Below, piece after piece: positions 42,036-50,649 of a stretch of DNA of 55,857 nucleotides. The first letter of the stretch is position 1, and the number at the start of each line of letters is the position of its first letter. The stretch is from a virus. The position numbers and the translations under genes were made by a program. The stretch is from the IMG/VR virus record IMGVR_UViG_3300010357_001710. One strand, given 5' to 3'. The notes below the pieces were generated by a model that was not told the DNA's origin, did not search any database, and saw nothing but the letters and a program-made list of their open reading frames with translations.

Positions 42036-42618
42036 AGTCTGGTCTCCTTCCATCTGGTTGAACAGATACAGCAATAATTCTCCAACCCTCATCTAATTGA
42101 GATTGTAAATAATCTGTGCAACAATTCACTTCAACTTTTACTTTTGTAATTTCCATAAGTTTATTTCCCCCAATGTGCACTTTACATTTTTCGTTTGCTA
42201 GTCTTCTTGCTTCGTTTGTAGCATCTAATCTTATTAAGTCTTGAATTGCACCATACAAATCTCCATTATCATATTCTTTAGTATTTGTATGTTGAACTTC
42301 TAAAATTTTAAATTCTAATTCCTTAACGACATCTAAGAAATCATCATTTACTAAACACTCATTAGAACCATAGCAATAGTCAATCATAATGTCAGTATCT
42401 ATAGATTTATTTTGCTTTTTAAAAGCTGCATTGTATTCTTCTACTTTCAGTTCTTCTACAGTTTTTCCTACTTTTTCTGCGTCTTCTTTACTGACCCAAA
42501 AATCATTAGCTGTTCTTTCTTTAAAATACTTTTTTCCAATTACAAAACAGGATTTTAAGTTTTCAAACTCTTCTTTAGAAATAATTTGATTTGACCACTC
42601 GATTTTAAAAAGCCTCAT
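42019..42618 (-). CDS. Hypothetical protein
   Basis: 199-aa ORF. No motif recognised. Confidence 0.45.
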   Translation of the reverse strand: MRLFKIEWSNQIISKEEFENLKSCFVIGKKYFKERTANDFWVSKEDAEKVGKTVEELKVEEYNAAFKKQNKSIDTDIMIDYCYGSNECLVNDDFLDVVKELEFKILEVQHTNTKEYDNGDLYGAIQDLIRLDATNEARRLANEKCKVHIGGNKLMEITKVKVEVNCCTDYLQSQLDEGWRIIAVSVQPDGRRPDYVLGK

Positions 42619-42631
42619 ATTTTTTCTCCTT

Positions 42632-42829
42632 TCAATTAATAATACTTATACAACAAAAATTAGCAAAGTAAAAGCAATCTTTAAAATCTTCACGTTCTAT
42701 CGTAACTGCTACATGGTCTACTCGTGTAACTACACCTACTACTATTTCACCGCTTAATTTTATTGCAGAAATATTTTTTCCTAGTATACTTTCATAATAT
42801 TCTTTTATGTATCTATTTAAAGTATTCAT
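42632..42829 (-). CDS. Hypothetical small protein
   Basis: 65-aa ORF with a GAAAGGAA RBS. Confidence 0.35.
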   Translation of the reverse strand: MNTLNRYIKEYYESILGKNISAIKLSGEIVVGVVTRVDHVAVTIEREDFKDCFYFANFCCISIIN

Positions 42830-42844
42830 TCTTTATTTCCTTTC

Positions 42845-43048
42845 TTATTTTACAGACTTGACAATATAATTTTCAACAACTACTGTGGCATACCAAGAGT
42901 GCGGAGCAGGGTACCAAGGACCTTCTACGCATTCAGTTCCATTTTCTTTTGGTATTCCTATACCAGGAGAATATAGAGTAATTTGTTCACCATTAGCAAC
43001 AGCTTCTTTAAATGCTTTTTTAGTTTTGAAATTTTTTGATGAGTACAT
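42845..43048 (-). CDS. Hypothetical small protein
   Basis: 67 aa. SD GAAAGGCGGAA (43052-43062) and a class-II promoter upstream. Confidence 0.45.
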   Translation of the reverse strand: MYSSKNFKTKKAFKEAVANGEQITLYSPGIGIPKENGTECVEGPWYPAPHSWYATVVVENYIVKSVK

Positions 43049-43070
43049 ATTTTCCGCCTTTCTTTATTTT

Positions 43071-43100
43071 ATTATTGCTACTAAGTTCATCACTTGTCTA
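43071..43100 (-). promoter_or_regulatory. Class-II promoter candidate (TAGACA-N18-AATAAT)
   Basis: Minus strand: TAGACAagtgatgaacttagtagCAATAATAAAAT upstream of ATG 43048. Confidence 0.5.
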
Positions 43101-43127
43101 GAAAATAGGAAGCCGAAGCTTCCTTAT

Positions 43128-43508
43128 TTATGACATTCTTTCAATTGTGTTTGTGTTAGCGTGGTATATTATTCTTGCCGTGTAACTATTTTTTCCTGAA
43201 TTAGCATGAATGTATTTGAATTCTTCTTCAAACAGAACATCTTTTGTTATATAATCAAAAGTTATTGTTATTGATGAAGCCATGCTTTTTACAAAGAACA
43301 TAACATCCACGTTATTTTTTAAATCTACTTCTCTTGTACCAAAGTAAGAAATATACTCTGATTGAGTTCCATAAATTTCTTTTCCCACTACACAGTCATC
43401 GTCTTCAAAGAATCGGTAAAAAGAATTGTTTCCAAATTCTTCTACCAATTTTCTCATAGCTTTTTTGATGAACTCGTTTTGTCTGATTTCTTTTCTCAAG
43501 TTTTTCAT
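43128..43508 (-). CDS. Early protein (126 aa), unknown function; first gene of the minus-strand arm
   Basis: Directly behind early cassette E5. SD GAAAGGCGGAA (43514-43524). Confidence 0.55.
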   Translation of the reverse strand: MKNLRKEIRQNEFIKKAMRKLVEEFGNNSFYRFFEDDDCVVGKEIYGTQSEYISYFGTREVDLKNNVDVMFFVKSMASSITITFDYITKDVLFEEEFKYIHANSGKNSYTARIIYHANTNTIERMS

Positions 43509-43563
43509 TTGGTTTCCGCCTTTCGTTTTTTAGGAGAGGAACCATTCCTTCCTTTATGAATTG

Positions 43564-43591
43564 ATTATACCATATGCACAAGAAATGTACA
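43564..43591 (-). promoter_or_regulatory. Early promoter E5 (TGTACA-N16-TGgTATAAT) with structured leader
   Basis: Minus strand: TTTTTTCCTGTACAtttcttgtgcataTGGTATAAT. Divergent from the plus-strand promoter at 43622-43651. Confidence 0.6.
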
Positions 43592-43621
43592 GGAAAAAAT
43601 GCATTTTTATGAAAAAAAAAC

Positions 43622-43651
43622 TTGACAAAAATTAAAGTTTGAAACAATAAT
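43622..43651 (+). promoter_or_regulatory. Class-II promoter candidate (TTGACA-N18-AATAAT) for the histone-like/ThyX unit
   Basis: An A-tract, then cTTGACAaaaattaaagtttgaaaCAATAATAAT, ~27 nt before ATG 43679. Confidence 0.55.
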
Positions 43652-43678
43652 AATATAAAATATAGAAAGGAGAACAAT

Positions 43679-44212
43679 ATGTTTGGATTGGTATCTAAAA
43701 AGGAGTATGAAAAACTGCTAAATGAGAATCGAGAGTTAAGAGGTGAACTTGCAGAAATTAAATTAGCTGCAAAACGAGGTGTAGCAGGTCTTAAAGAGTT
43801 AGCAAAGTCTAAAAATTGTTTTAGTTGGTTAGATTATAAGCCTACTAAAGCTGAGGTTACTGCTTTCAAGAAAGAAATTGCAGAAGCTAAGAAAAAAGCT
43901 ATGGCTGAGAAAAAAGCAGAGATAGCAAAAAAGAAATCTGAAGCTAAGGCTGCTGCTAATGCAAAAAAAGCTGAAAAGAAAGCAATTGCTTTAGCAAAGA
44001 AAAAAGAAAGAGCTGAAAAGCTTAAGACACGAGAAAAGAAATTGCCCAGAGTGAAAAAAGAAAAAGTTGTTACTGCTCAGGTCAAAGAAAAACCTGTAAA
44101 AGAAAAAAGAGTTAGAGTAAAAAAAGAAAAATTACAAAAAGTTGAGACAGTAGAGCTAAAAACAGAAGTTCCAGAAGTCGAAATTCCAGAATCTTTGACA
44201 ATTTTGGATTAA
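43679..44212 (+). CDS. Lys/Ala-rich histone H1-like basic protein
   Basis: 177 aa. Long low-complexity 'KKKAMAEKKAEIAKKKSEAKAAANAKKAEKKAIALAKKKERAEKLK...KEKRVRVKKEK', with its own promoter and terminator. Confidence 0.55.
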   Translation: MFGLVSKKEYEKLLNENRELRGELAEIKLAAKRGVAGLKELAKSKNCFSWLDYKPTKAEVTAFKKEIAEAKKKAMAEKKAEIAKKKSEAKAAANAKKAEKKAIALAKKKERAEKLKTREKKLPRVKKEKVVTAQVKEKPVKEKRVRVKKEKLQKVETVELKTEVPEVEIPESLTILD

Positions 44213-44234
44213 GAAACTGTTCTTATTATTTTTT

Positions 44235-44262
44235 AGAGAAGAAGAAATTCTTCTCTTTTTTA
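44235..44262 (+). terminator. Rho-independent terminator
   Basis: AGAGAAGAA-gaaa-TTCTTCTCT followed by TTTTTT. Confidence 0.7.
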
Positions 44263-44284
44263 CTTTATAGAAAGGTGGTTATTT

Positions 44285-44944
44285 ATGAAAATAGTAGAAC
44301 AAAAATGCGAATTAATTACTAAAATAAAAGAAGAAGATATTTGTAAAATGATAGAGTATTGTGGTAGAGTTGCGTATTTAAGTTTTGGTAGAATTTCAAA
44401 AGAATCTTACAAAGATTTTATAAATATGCTTTTACAAAAACAGCATCTTTCTGTGTTTGAGCATATTTCTTTTACTTTTAAAATTACGACAGATAGAGGA
44501 ATTTCTCACGAATTAGTTAGACATAGAATAGCAAGTTTTACTCAAGAATCTACTAGGTTTTGCAATTATAACAATAAAGATATAGAATTCATATCTCCAT
44601 TTACTTTTACTGAAGGGAAAGAAGAACAAGTAGAGTTATTTTTTCAAATGATAAAACAAAGTGAATTTGTTTACAAAGAACTTATAAACTCTGGAATGTC
44701 TCCGCAATGGTCAAGAAGTGTTTTACCAAATTCATTAAAGACAGAACTTTTTATGACAGCTAATTTGCGCCAAATTTTTCATATAGTAAAATTACGCGTT
44801 TCAAAACAAGCTCACCCACAAATGCAGCATTTAATTCGTGAAATGGTTTCTCAATTAAAAGCATATTACCCAATAATTTTTAACTCAGAATACTTTAATA
44901 ACGAAATACTTTGTGGGAGGGAACAAAATGAATTTTTATCTTAA
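44285..44944 (+). CDS. thyX: Flavin-dependent thymidylate synthase ThyX
   Basis: ThyX signature 'VRHRIASFTQESTRF' (RHRxxSxxxxS). 219 aa. Confidence 0.9.
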   Translation: MKIVEQKCELITKIKEEDICKMIEYCGRVAYLSFGRISKESYKDFINMLLQKQHLSVFEHISFTFKITTDRGISHELVRHRIASFTQESTRFCNYNNKDIEFISPFTFTEGKEEQVELFFQMIKQSEFVYKELINSGMSPQWSRSVLPNSLKTELFMTANLRQIFHIVKLRVSKQAHPQMQHLIREMVSQLKAYYPIIFNSEYFNNEILCGREQNEFLS

Positions 44945-45134
44945 CTTTAGTAACTCTATTAGACGATTAGAAAATACTAACTTAAAATTTTATCAAAAAG
45001 AACTATTCTTGGTTCCCACTATTTCAATTGGATGGTTTGATAAAGAAGATAGAAAAAAAGTAGGGATTATTTTTTACATTACTTTTTCTTTTTTATTTTT
45101 TCAATTGAATATAATATCATCATCAACTAAATAA
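44928..45134 (+). CDS. Small membrane protein
   Basis: ATG 44928 has a GGGAGGGA RBS. Hydrophobic C-terminus 'VGIIFYITFSFLFFQLNII'. Confidence 0.4.
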   Translation: MNFYLNFSNSIRRLENTNLKFYQKELFLVPTISIGWFDKEDRKKVGIIFYITFSFLFFQLNIISSSTK

Positions 45135-45159
45135 ATTTAATAGTTTTTAAATTTTATCA

Positions 45160-45188
45160 GCGTAGTTATAAAAACTACGCGTTTTTAT
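45160..45188 (+). terminator. Rho-independent terminator
   Basis: GCGTAGTT-ataaa-AACTACGC followed by GTTTTTAT. Confidence 0.75.
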
Positions 45189-45244
45189 GCTTATTTTTAT
45201 AGTTATACAAAAGTATCATAAATTACATTTTTTTATAACTTTTT

Positions 45245-45274
45245 TAGACATTTTATATAAATAGTTGCAATAAT
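45245..45274 (+). promoter_or_regulatory. Class-II promoter candidate (TAGACA-N18-AATAAT) at the head of the late operon
   Basis: TAGACAttttatataaatagttGCAATAATAAT. The first 12 nt match the promoter upstream of the polymerase gene. Confidence 0.5.
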
Positions 45275-45290
45275 AATTATATGGAAAGAG

Positions 45291-45782
45291 ATGATATATA
45301 TGGAATTGAATGATGCAAAAGTAATAAAGGGAGGAATAGCTTATTCTACTATCTATGACTTTTATAAAGCTTTTGCGCAATCTTATGTTATTGATTACAA
45401 TGAAGAAGAAGCTCTTAGAAGACTTAGTTTTACCGAACATTTTGAAGAAGGACAAGAATTATTACAAAATCAAATTGTTAAAACTTTCATCGCAAAAGTT
45501 GCTGCTTCGAGTGTTGGAGATTACGAATCTCAGAGAAATAAACTTTTCAAAGAACTTTATTCAATTGCTACTGGTTCTTCTATGCCAAAAGAGAAGCTTA
45601 AAGCTATTGAAATATTATTACGTTATTTACCAACTGGAAAACAACAACCTTTACAAAATCCAGAGAACCCAGAAAAATCTGGTGACTTATTAAAAGATGA
45701 AAAAATCAAAAATGAACTCCTTAGAAACCCTAAGTTCAGAGAACTTGTTGAATCATATCAAGAATGCCTCGAAGCTAATTGA
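45291..45782 (+). CDS. Putative terminase small subunit (by position only)
   Basis: First ORF of the late operon, directly upstream of and overlapping TerL. The ATG at 45300 is better spaced from the GGAAAGAG RBS. No motif recognised. Confidence 0.3.
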   Translation: MIYMELNDAKVIKGGIAYSTIYDFYKAFAQSYVIDYNEEEALRRLSFTEHFEEGQELLQNQIVKTFIAKVAASSVGDYESQRNKLFKELYSIATGSSMPKEKLKAIEILLRYLPTGKQQPLQNPENPEKSGDLLKDEKIKNELLRNPKFRELVESYQECLEAN

Positions 45783-47250
45783 TTCAGTAAGTTCTCTTGG
45801 CTGGGCTTTTAAAAATAGAATAATAGAAGGTAAGCCTTATACATTAAAAGGTAGAGAGTTTCTTCGTGAAATCTATTCTCATTTTATAAATGAAAAAGTT
45901 AAAAAAGAAGTTGTAATAATGAAAGGTGCGCAGCTTGGAGTTTCTGAGCTTGCTGTGAATCTTGGTTTGTATGTAGTAGACAACATAGGTGACGTTATGT
46001 ATCTTCTTCCAGGGGGTGGAGATGCTAGTAATTTTTCATCTGGGAGATTCAACCCAGCTATAGAAAATTCTGAAAGACTTTCTAATTTGTTCAATGATGT
46101 TTCAAATATAGGGCACAAAAGAACGGGTGAAAGAAATTTATTTGTTCGTGGAGCAAATTCTGAATCTGGACTTCGCTCAACTCCAGTAGATTTTCTTGTC
46201 ATAGATGAATATTCTTTAATGCCAGAACGTTCAGTAGAACTTGCATTAGATAGATTAGATGCAAGTGAGTATAAGTGGATTTTGAAATTATCTACACCTT
46301 TGCTTCCTGAAATGAACATACACTCAGCATTTTTACAATCAGACCAAAGAGAATTTTTTGTAAAATGCTCAAAATGCGGTTTAGAGCAACCAGTAGATTT
46401 TTTTGAAAATATATTTTTAAACCATGAAAAAGAATCTTATTTTTATGGTTGCAAAAAATGTAAAACAGAGCTTAATAGAAATTTTGGACAGTGGAAAGCT
46501 TTAGCTAAGTCTAAAGTTCCGGGTTATCATATTTCTCAAACGTTAAGTCCTACTGTTTCTGCAGACGATTTAATGGATAAATTTGAAAAAACAAAATTTT
46601 CAGCGACAGTAAAAGAAAATTTTTACAATAGCAAGTTAGGATTGCCTTATGTTTGTGAGGGTGACAAACTTTTACATGAAGACTTAGAAGCTGCTAAATT
46701 TGAAGAAGTTAAATTACCTCAAGTTTGTGGTATTGACGTTGGAAGTTATTTACACGTTATTTTTTACGATTCTTTTGGAAATATTTGCAAAGTTCAAAAG
46801 TATAGAGACTTTGCTGAAGTAGAAAGAATAATTTTACAGTCTGGAATTACTGTTGCTGTTATTGATGCGATGCCAGAAACTAGAAAAGCTAGAGAATTGC
46901 AAGAGTCTTTAAAAAAGAATTGTAAAGTTTTTCTATGTCGCTATGTAGATAATTCAAAAGCAGAACTTAACTTTACAGAAAATGAAGACTCTCAATTTGT
47001 TACTGCAGATAGAACTTCTATTTGCGATGCTATTGTTGGAAGATATAAGACAAAGACTATTAAAATTCCTGGTACTGTAGATGAAGAATTTTGTAATCAA
47101 TTAAAAGCACCAATGAGAACAATTGTTGATGGTGTTCCTAGATATGTTGAAGTTGGTGCTGACCATTATTTCCATGCTAACGTATATGCAGAAATTGCTT
47201 ATTCTTATTACAAAGACAAATTAAGAACACCAAGTTTGAGGAGATTATGA
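45697..47250 (+). CDS. Terminase large subunit, GpA (lambda-like) family
   Basis: 'VVIMKGAQLGVSELAVN' (GpA-type P-loop region), 'DFLVIDEYS' Walker B, and a zinc ribbon 'CSKCGLEQ...CKKCKTEL'. The start is uncertain and overlaps the upstream ORF by 86 nt. Confidence 0.8.
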   Translation: MKKSKMNSLETLSSENLLNHIKNASKLIDSVSSLGWAFKNRIIEGKPYTLKGREFLREIYSHFINEKVKKEVVIMKGAQLGVSELAVNLGLYVVDNIGDVMYLLPGGGDASNFSSGRFNPAIENSERLSNLFNDVSNIGHKRTGERNLFVRGANSESGLRSTPVDFLVIDEYSLMPERSVELALDRLDASEYKWILKLSTPLLPEMNIHSAFLQSDQREFFVKCSKCGLEQPVDFFENIFLNHEKESYFYGCKKCKTELNRNFGQWKALAKSKVPGYHISQTLSPTVSADDLMDKFEKTKFSATVKENFYNSKLGLPYVCEGDKLLHEDLEAAKFEEVKLPQVCGIDVGSYLHVIFYDSFGNICKVQKYRDFAEVERIILQSGITVAVIDAMPETRKARELQESLKKNCKVFLCRYVDNSKAELNFTENEDSQFVTADRTSICDAIVGRYKTKTIKIPGTVDEEFCNQLKAPMRTIVDGVPRYVEVGADHYFHANVYAEIAYSYYKDKLRTPSLRRL

Positions 47251-48566
47251 GAATAAAAAATGCTCATATTAAAAAAGAACAAGTAAGTAATGTAGAAGAG
47301 CTATTTAATTCTTCTAAAAATATGCTTGGCATTATGAGAGCATTGCCTATCTTAGAAGAAAACAAAGATACACACTTTAAATTGTATATAGATGTCTTAG
47401 CAAATTATCTTCAATTCTCTGTACTTCGCGGATTGAAACAATATTACAAAGACAAAAATAATTATGAAGCTATTAAATTAATTAATCAAAAACTTAAGTA
47501 CTCTGATTTACTTAGAGAAAAAGACATAAAAATCTCAGCATGTATAATTGCAAAAAATGAAGAAGACTATATTGAAGAATGCTTAAATTCAATAAAAAAT
47601 CAAGTAGACGAAATTATAGTTGTAGATACTGGCTCTTCTGATTCTACAAAAGAAATAGCGTTTAAGTATACGGAAAAAGTTTATTCTTTTATAGAAGAAC
47701 CATTTAATTTCTCAAATGCAAGAAGAGAATCTGTGAAGTATGCTTCTAATGAGTGGATTTTTATAATAGATGCAGATGAAGTTTTAGTAGAGAATTATGT
47801 AAATGCTTCTTTAAGAAAAAGTATTTACAATGCTGTAAATAAAAGTTTTGACTCATTATGTTTTAAAATGATGCACTTACCTGATAATAAGCTTGGTAAT
47901 TTTTCTAATACAAGAATAATAAGAAAAGACTATATTTTATTTGAGCTACCAGTTCACAACCAAATTTTTGGACATTTAATTTCTGTGGGAGATTCAAATT
48001 TTTATTTAAAACATTATGGTTATACTGAAAAAAGAAGAAAAAAAAGTGGTCGTCATATTCAAACAATGAATTCTCTTATCGATGTAATAAAAGAAAAAGA
48101 ATCTAAAAATGAAGTAAGTGACTATTCGTATTTCTACTCTCTATATCAACTTGGAGTATCTAATTTAGAAAAAATAAAATTAAGTGGTGTTTTAAATTAT
48201 ACAGAAGAACAATGTTTTGAAAATTTAAACATTTTTGCAAAAGCATACAATGGAAAAAGTTTATTTCCTGAACATATTAGTTTACAAATTTTAGATTATA
48301 GTTTAAGATTGTTGACAGCTCTAGGAGATAATGAATCTATCTTAAAATTAAAAGAAGAAATAGAAAGTTACTCTCTTTACAGTCTTGACTGTGATTTTTT
48401 CTTATTTTTTGCTTTTATAGAATTAAATAAAATTGAAGAAGCAAAAATAATTGGAGAAAGATTTCTTAGTAAAATTGATAATTTAGAGCAATCAGAACTT
48501 ATTCACTATCATATAGATAAAAAAGAAGTAATTCAAAAAATATTAAAAGAGGTAGTATATGCTTAG
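47247..48566 (+). CDS. Family 2 glycosyltransferase with helical-repeat (TPR-like) C-terminal domain
   Basis: 'ISACIIAKNEEDYIEECLNSIKNQVDEIIVVDTGSSDSTKEIA' and the 'IIDADE' DxD motif. Confidence 0.75.
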   Translation: MRIKNAHIKKEQVSNVEELFNSSKNMLGIMRALPILEENKDTHFKLYIDVLANYLQFSVLRGLKQYYKDKNNYEAIKLINQKLKYSDLLREKDIKISACIIAKNEEDYIEECLNSIKNQVDEIIVVDTGSSDSTKEIAFKYTEKVYSFIEEPFNFSNARRESVKYASNEWIFIIDADEVLVENYVNASLRKSIYNAVNKSFDSLCFKMMHLPDNKLGNFSNTRIIRKDYILFELPVHNQIFGHLISVGDSNFYLKHYGYTEKRRKKSGRHIQTMNSLIDVIKEKESKNEVSDYSYFYSLYQLGVSNLEKIKLSGVLNYTEEQCFENLNIFAKAYNGKSLFPEHISLQILDYSLRLLTALGDNESILKLKEEIESYSLYSLDCDFFLFFAFIELNKIEEAKIIGERFLSKIDNLEQSELIHYHIDKKEVIQKILKEVVYA

Positions 48567-50634
48567 ACTAAAAAATACAGATTTGAAAATGACAAAAATT
48601 GAAAGAAAATCTCAAGATACTTGGGATGTTTCTTATAGTCTAACTGGGGAAACTACAATCTATAAAAATAATTCTTACGTATGTAATGTAAAGACTAAAT
48701 TCGAAAAAGCGATATATGTATATCTTTGCTCAAGTTTAAGAGCATTAAATTTTGCTAGTGTTCCTCTAAAAGTGGGTTACTATAAAAATTCAGATGAATT
48801 TGTTCATGAAAAAAATCATCCTATTCAAAAGTTATTAAATAAACCAAATTCATATTATTCAAAACACAACTTCATGCAATTTTTGATGTTATCTAAAATT
48901 TTAGCTGGAAAGGGAATTGCGGTAATATTGACTGGAAAAATAGATAAAGAACCTGTCGGGATATTTTATTTAAGACCTGATAGATGCCAATTTAATATTG
49001 AAGATTCTAAAATAGTTTCTGTGGAATATGAAGAAGCACCTGGAAAGAAAATATTGTACCATTATGAACAATTGCTCATTACTAAATACATTGACCTATT
49101 GAATTTAAATGATGGAAAATCACCATTACTATCTGGAGAAGCTACTATAGAAATTTCTAACGAAATAGATACTTGGAATAGAATATTCTTTAAAAATGCT
49201 GCAAGACCAGACGGAGCATTTAAAACAAGTGCAACGCTAAGTGACCCACAATATGAGAGATTAAAAAATCAAATAGATAATGATTACATAGGAGTAAATA
49301 ATGCACATAAGCCACTTCTTTTAGAAGAAGGATTAGAATGGCAAGAAATTGGAAAAACACATAAAGATTTAGATTTTCAATATTTACAAGGAAAGATAAG
49401 AGAAGATATTTGTGCATTACTTCAAGTTCCTACAGAGTTGATAATTCCTACAGCAGCTACATATAATAATATTTCAACAGCAAGAAAAATTTTGTGGGAA
49501 AATACAATAATTCCTGACATATTAGATTATGTAGATGAGCTAAATAATAAATTAGTTCCGATGTTTAAAAATTCTAAAAACTTAGTTATCATTCCTGATT
49601 TTTCTAAGATTTCAGCACTAAAAGAAGACGAGACTCCGATTATTGATAACTTAGTAAAACTAGTTAACGCAGATGTAATTACTTTAAATACTGCAGCTAC
49701 TAAACTTGGCTATCCACAAGTTACTACAGAACAGCTAACTCGCTCGGAATTTTTAAAAGCTTTGAATCAAAAATATCCTTCTTTTTCTATGGGAACTTTT
49801 TCTGCTTTAGAAAATGAAGAAGAAACTACTAAAAATATCAATACTAAGTTAGAAATGAAGAAAGTAAAAGAAATAACTATTCCTTCTGGAGTTATTAAAT
49901 CTTCTGAGTTCAATAAGTCTATTTCTAATCTTTTAACTGGAGTAGCAAATTATTCTGCTGAGCAATGGTTAAAAGCTTTAGACAAGACTGTAAAATATAA
50001 TCCTCAAAATAAAAATTTAATAAAGTTCATTAAGAAAAAGACTGGTGAACTTATTTCTAACGTTGATAGAACTACAATAAAGGATTTAAGAAAAGAAATG
50101 ACTAAATCTGCTGAACTTGGAGAAACTATTGACGAAATGAAAGAAAGAATTGAAAAGCTTTTTGATGGTTATTCTAAGGGTAGAGTAGGTGTTATAGCAA
50201 GAACAGAATCTTCTCATGCTGCAAATTATGGAGTTTACAATGCTTACAAAGATACAGACATTGTGGAAAAGAAAGTTTGGATAACTCAAAGAGATGAATT
50301 AGTTAGAGATAGTCATGAGGTATTAGACGGAGAAGCTATAGACTTAGATGAAAATTTTAAAACAGGAGACGGGAACGAGACAGAATTTCCTGGTGATACT
50401 GGAGTTGCTTCTGATGATATAGAATGTAGATGTTTTTTAGCTTCTATTCTTAAAGATGCTTTTAAGTCTTTAATCATTGACAAGTCAGAATTCGAGTTTG
50501 ATACATTAGAAAATAAGAAAATTTATTGGGACAAAAAAGATAAATTGATGAAGTCTTTCGAGCCAAATTTTGAAAAAATATTTTTAAAATATTTTGAAGT
50601 ACAGAAAGAAAAAGTATTAAATTATTTAGACTAA
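48559..50634 (+). CDS. Portal protein fused to a Mu F / SPP1 gp7-like minor head domain
   Basis: 691 aa after TerL. C-terminus 'ARTESSHAANYGVYNAY...WITQRDELVRDSHEVLDGE...DDIECRCF' matches the Phage_Mu_F signature. The N-terminal ~430 aa are portal-sized and portal-positioned. Confidence 0.7.
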   Translation: MLRLKNTDLKMTKIERKSQDTWDVSYSLTGETTIYKNNSYVCNVKTKFEKAIYVYLCSSLRALNFASVPLKVGYYKNSDEFVHEKNHPIQKLLNKPNSYYSKHNFMQFLMLSKILAGKGIAVILTGKIDKEPVGIFYLRPDRCQFNIEDSKIVSVEYEEAPGKKILYHYEQLLITKYIDLLNLNDGKSPLLSGEATIEISNEIDTWNRIFFKNAARPDGAFKTSATLSDPQYERLKNQIDNDYIGVNNAHKPLLLEEGLEWQEIGKTHKDLDFQYLQGKIREDICALLQVPTELIIPTAATYNNISTARKILWENTIIPDILDYVDELNNKLVPMFKNSKNLVIIPDFSKISALKEDETPIIDNLVKLVNADVITLNTAATKLGYPQVTTEQLTRSEFLKALNQKYPSFSMGTFSALENEEETTKNINTKLEMKKVKEITIPSGVIKSSEFNKSISNLLTGVANYSAEQWLKALDKTVKYNPQNKNLIKFIKKKTGELISNVDRTTIKDLRKEMTKSAELGETIDEMKERIEKLFDGYSKGRVGVIARTESSHAANYGVYNAYKDTDIVEKKVWITQRDELVRDSHEVLDGEAIDLDENFKTGDGNETEFPGDTGVASDDIECRCFLASILKDAFKSLIIDKSEFEFDTLENKKIYWDKKDKLMKSFEPNFEKIFLKYFEVQKEKVLNYLD

Positions 50635-50649
50635 GGAGGTGAGAATAAA

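Noticed and set aside
43405-43677. 90-aa minus-strand ORF across the divergent promoter region
   Set aside because: It overlaps the start of the 43128-43508 gene, the E5 promoter/leader and the plus-strand promoter. It has a low-complexity F/L/K composition and no RBS.
45697-45782. 86-nt overlap between the putative TerS ORF and TerL as a programmed frameshift or fusion
   Set aside because: There is no X XXY YYZ slippery heptamer in the 0 frame (GAA-AAA-ATC does not qualify). A plain overlap or a mis-set start is more likely. I kept it as an uncertainty on the TerL start.
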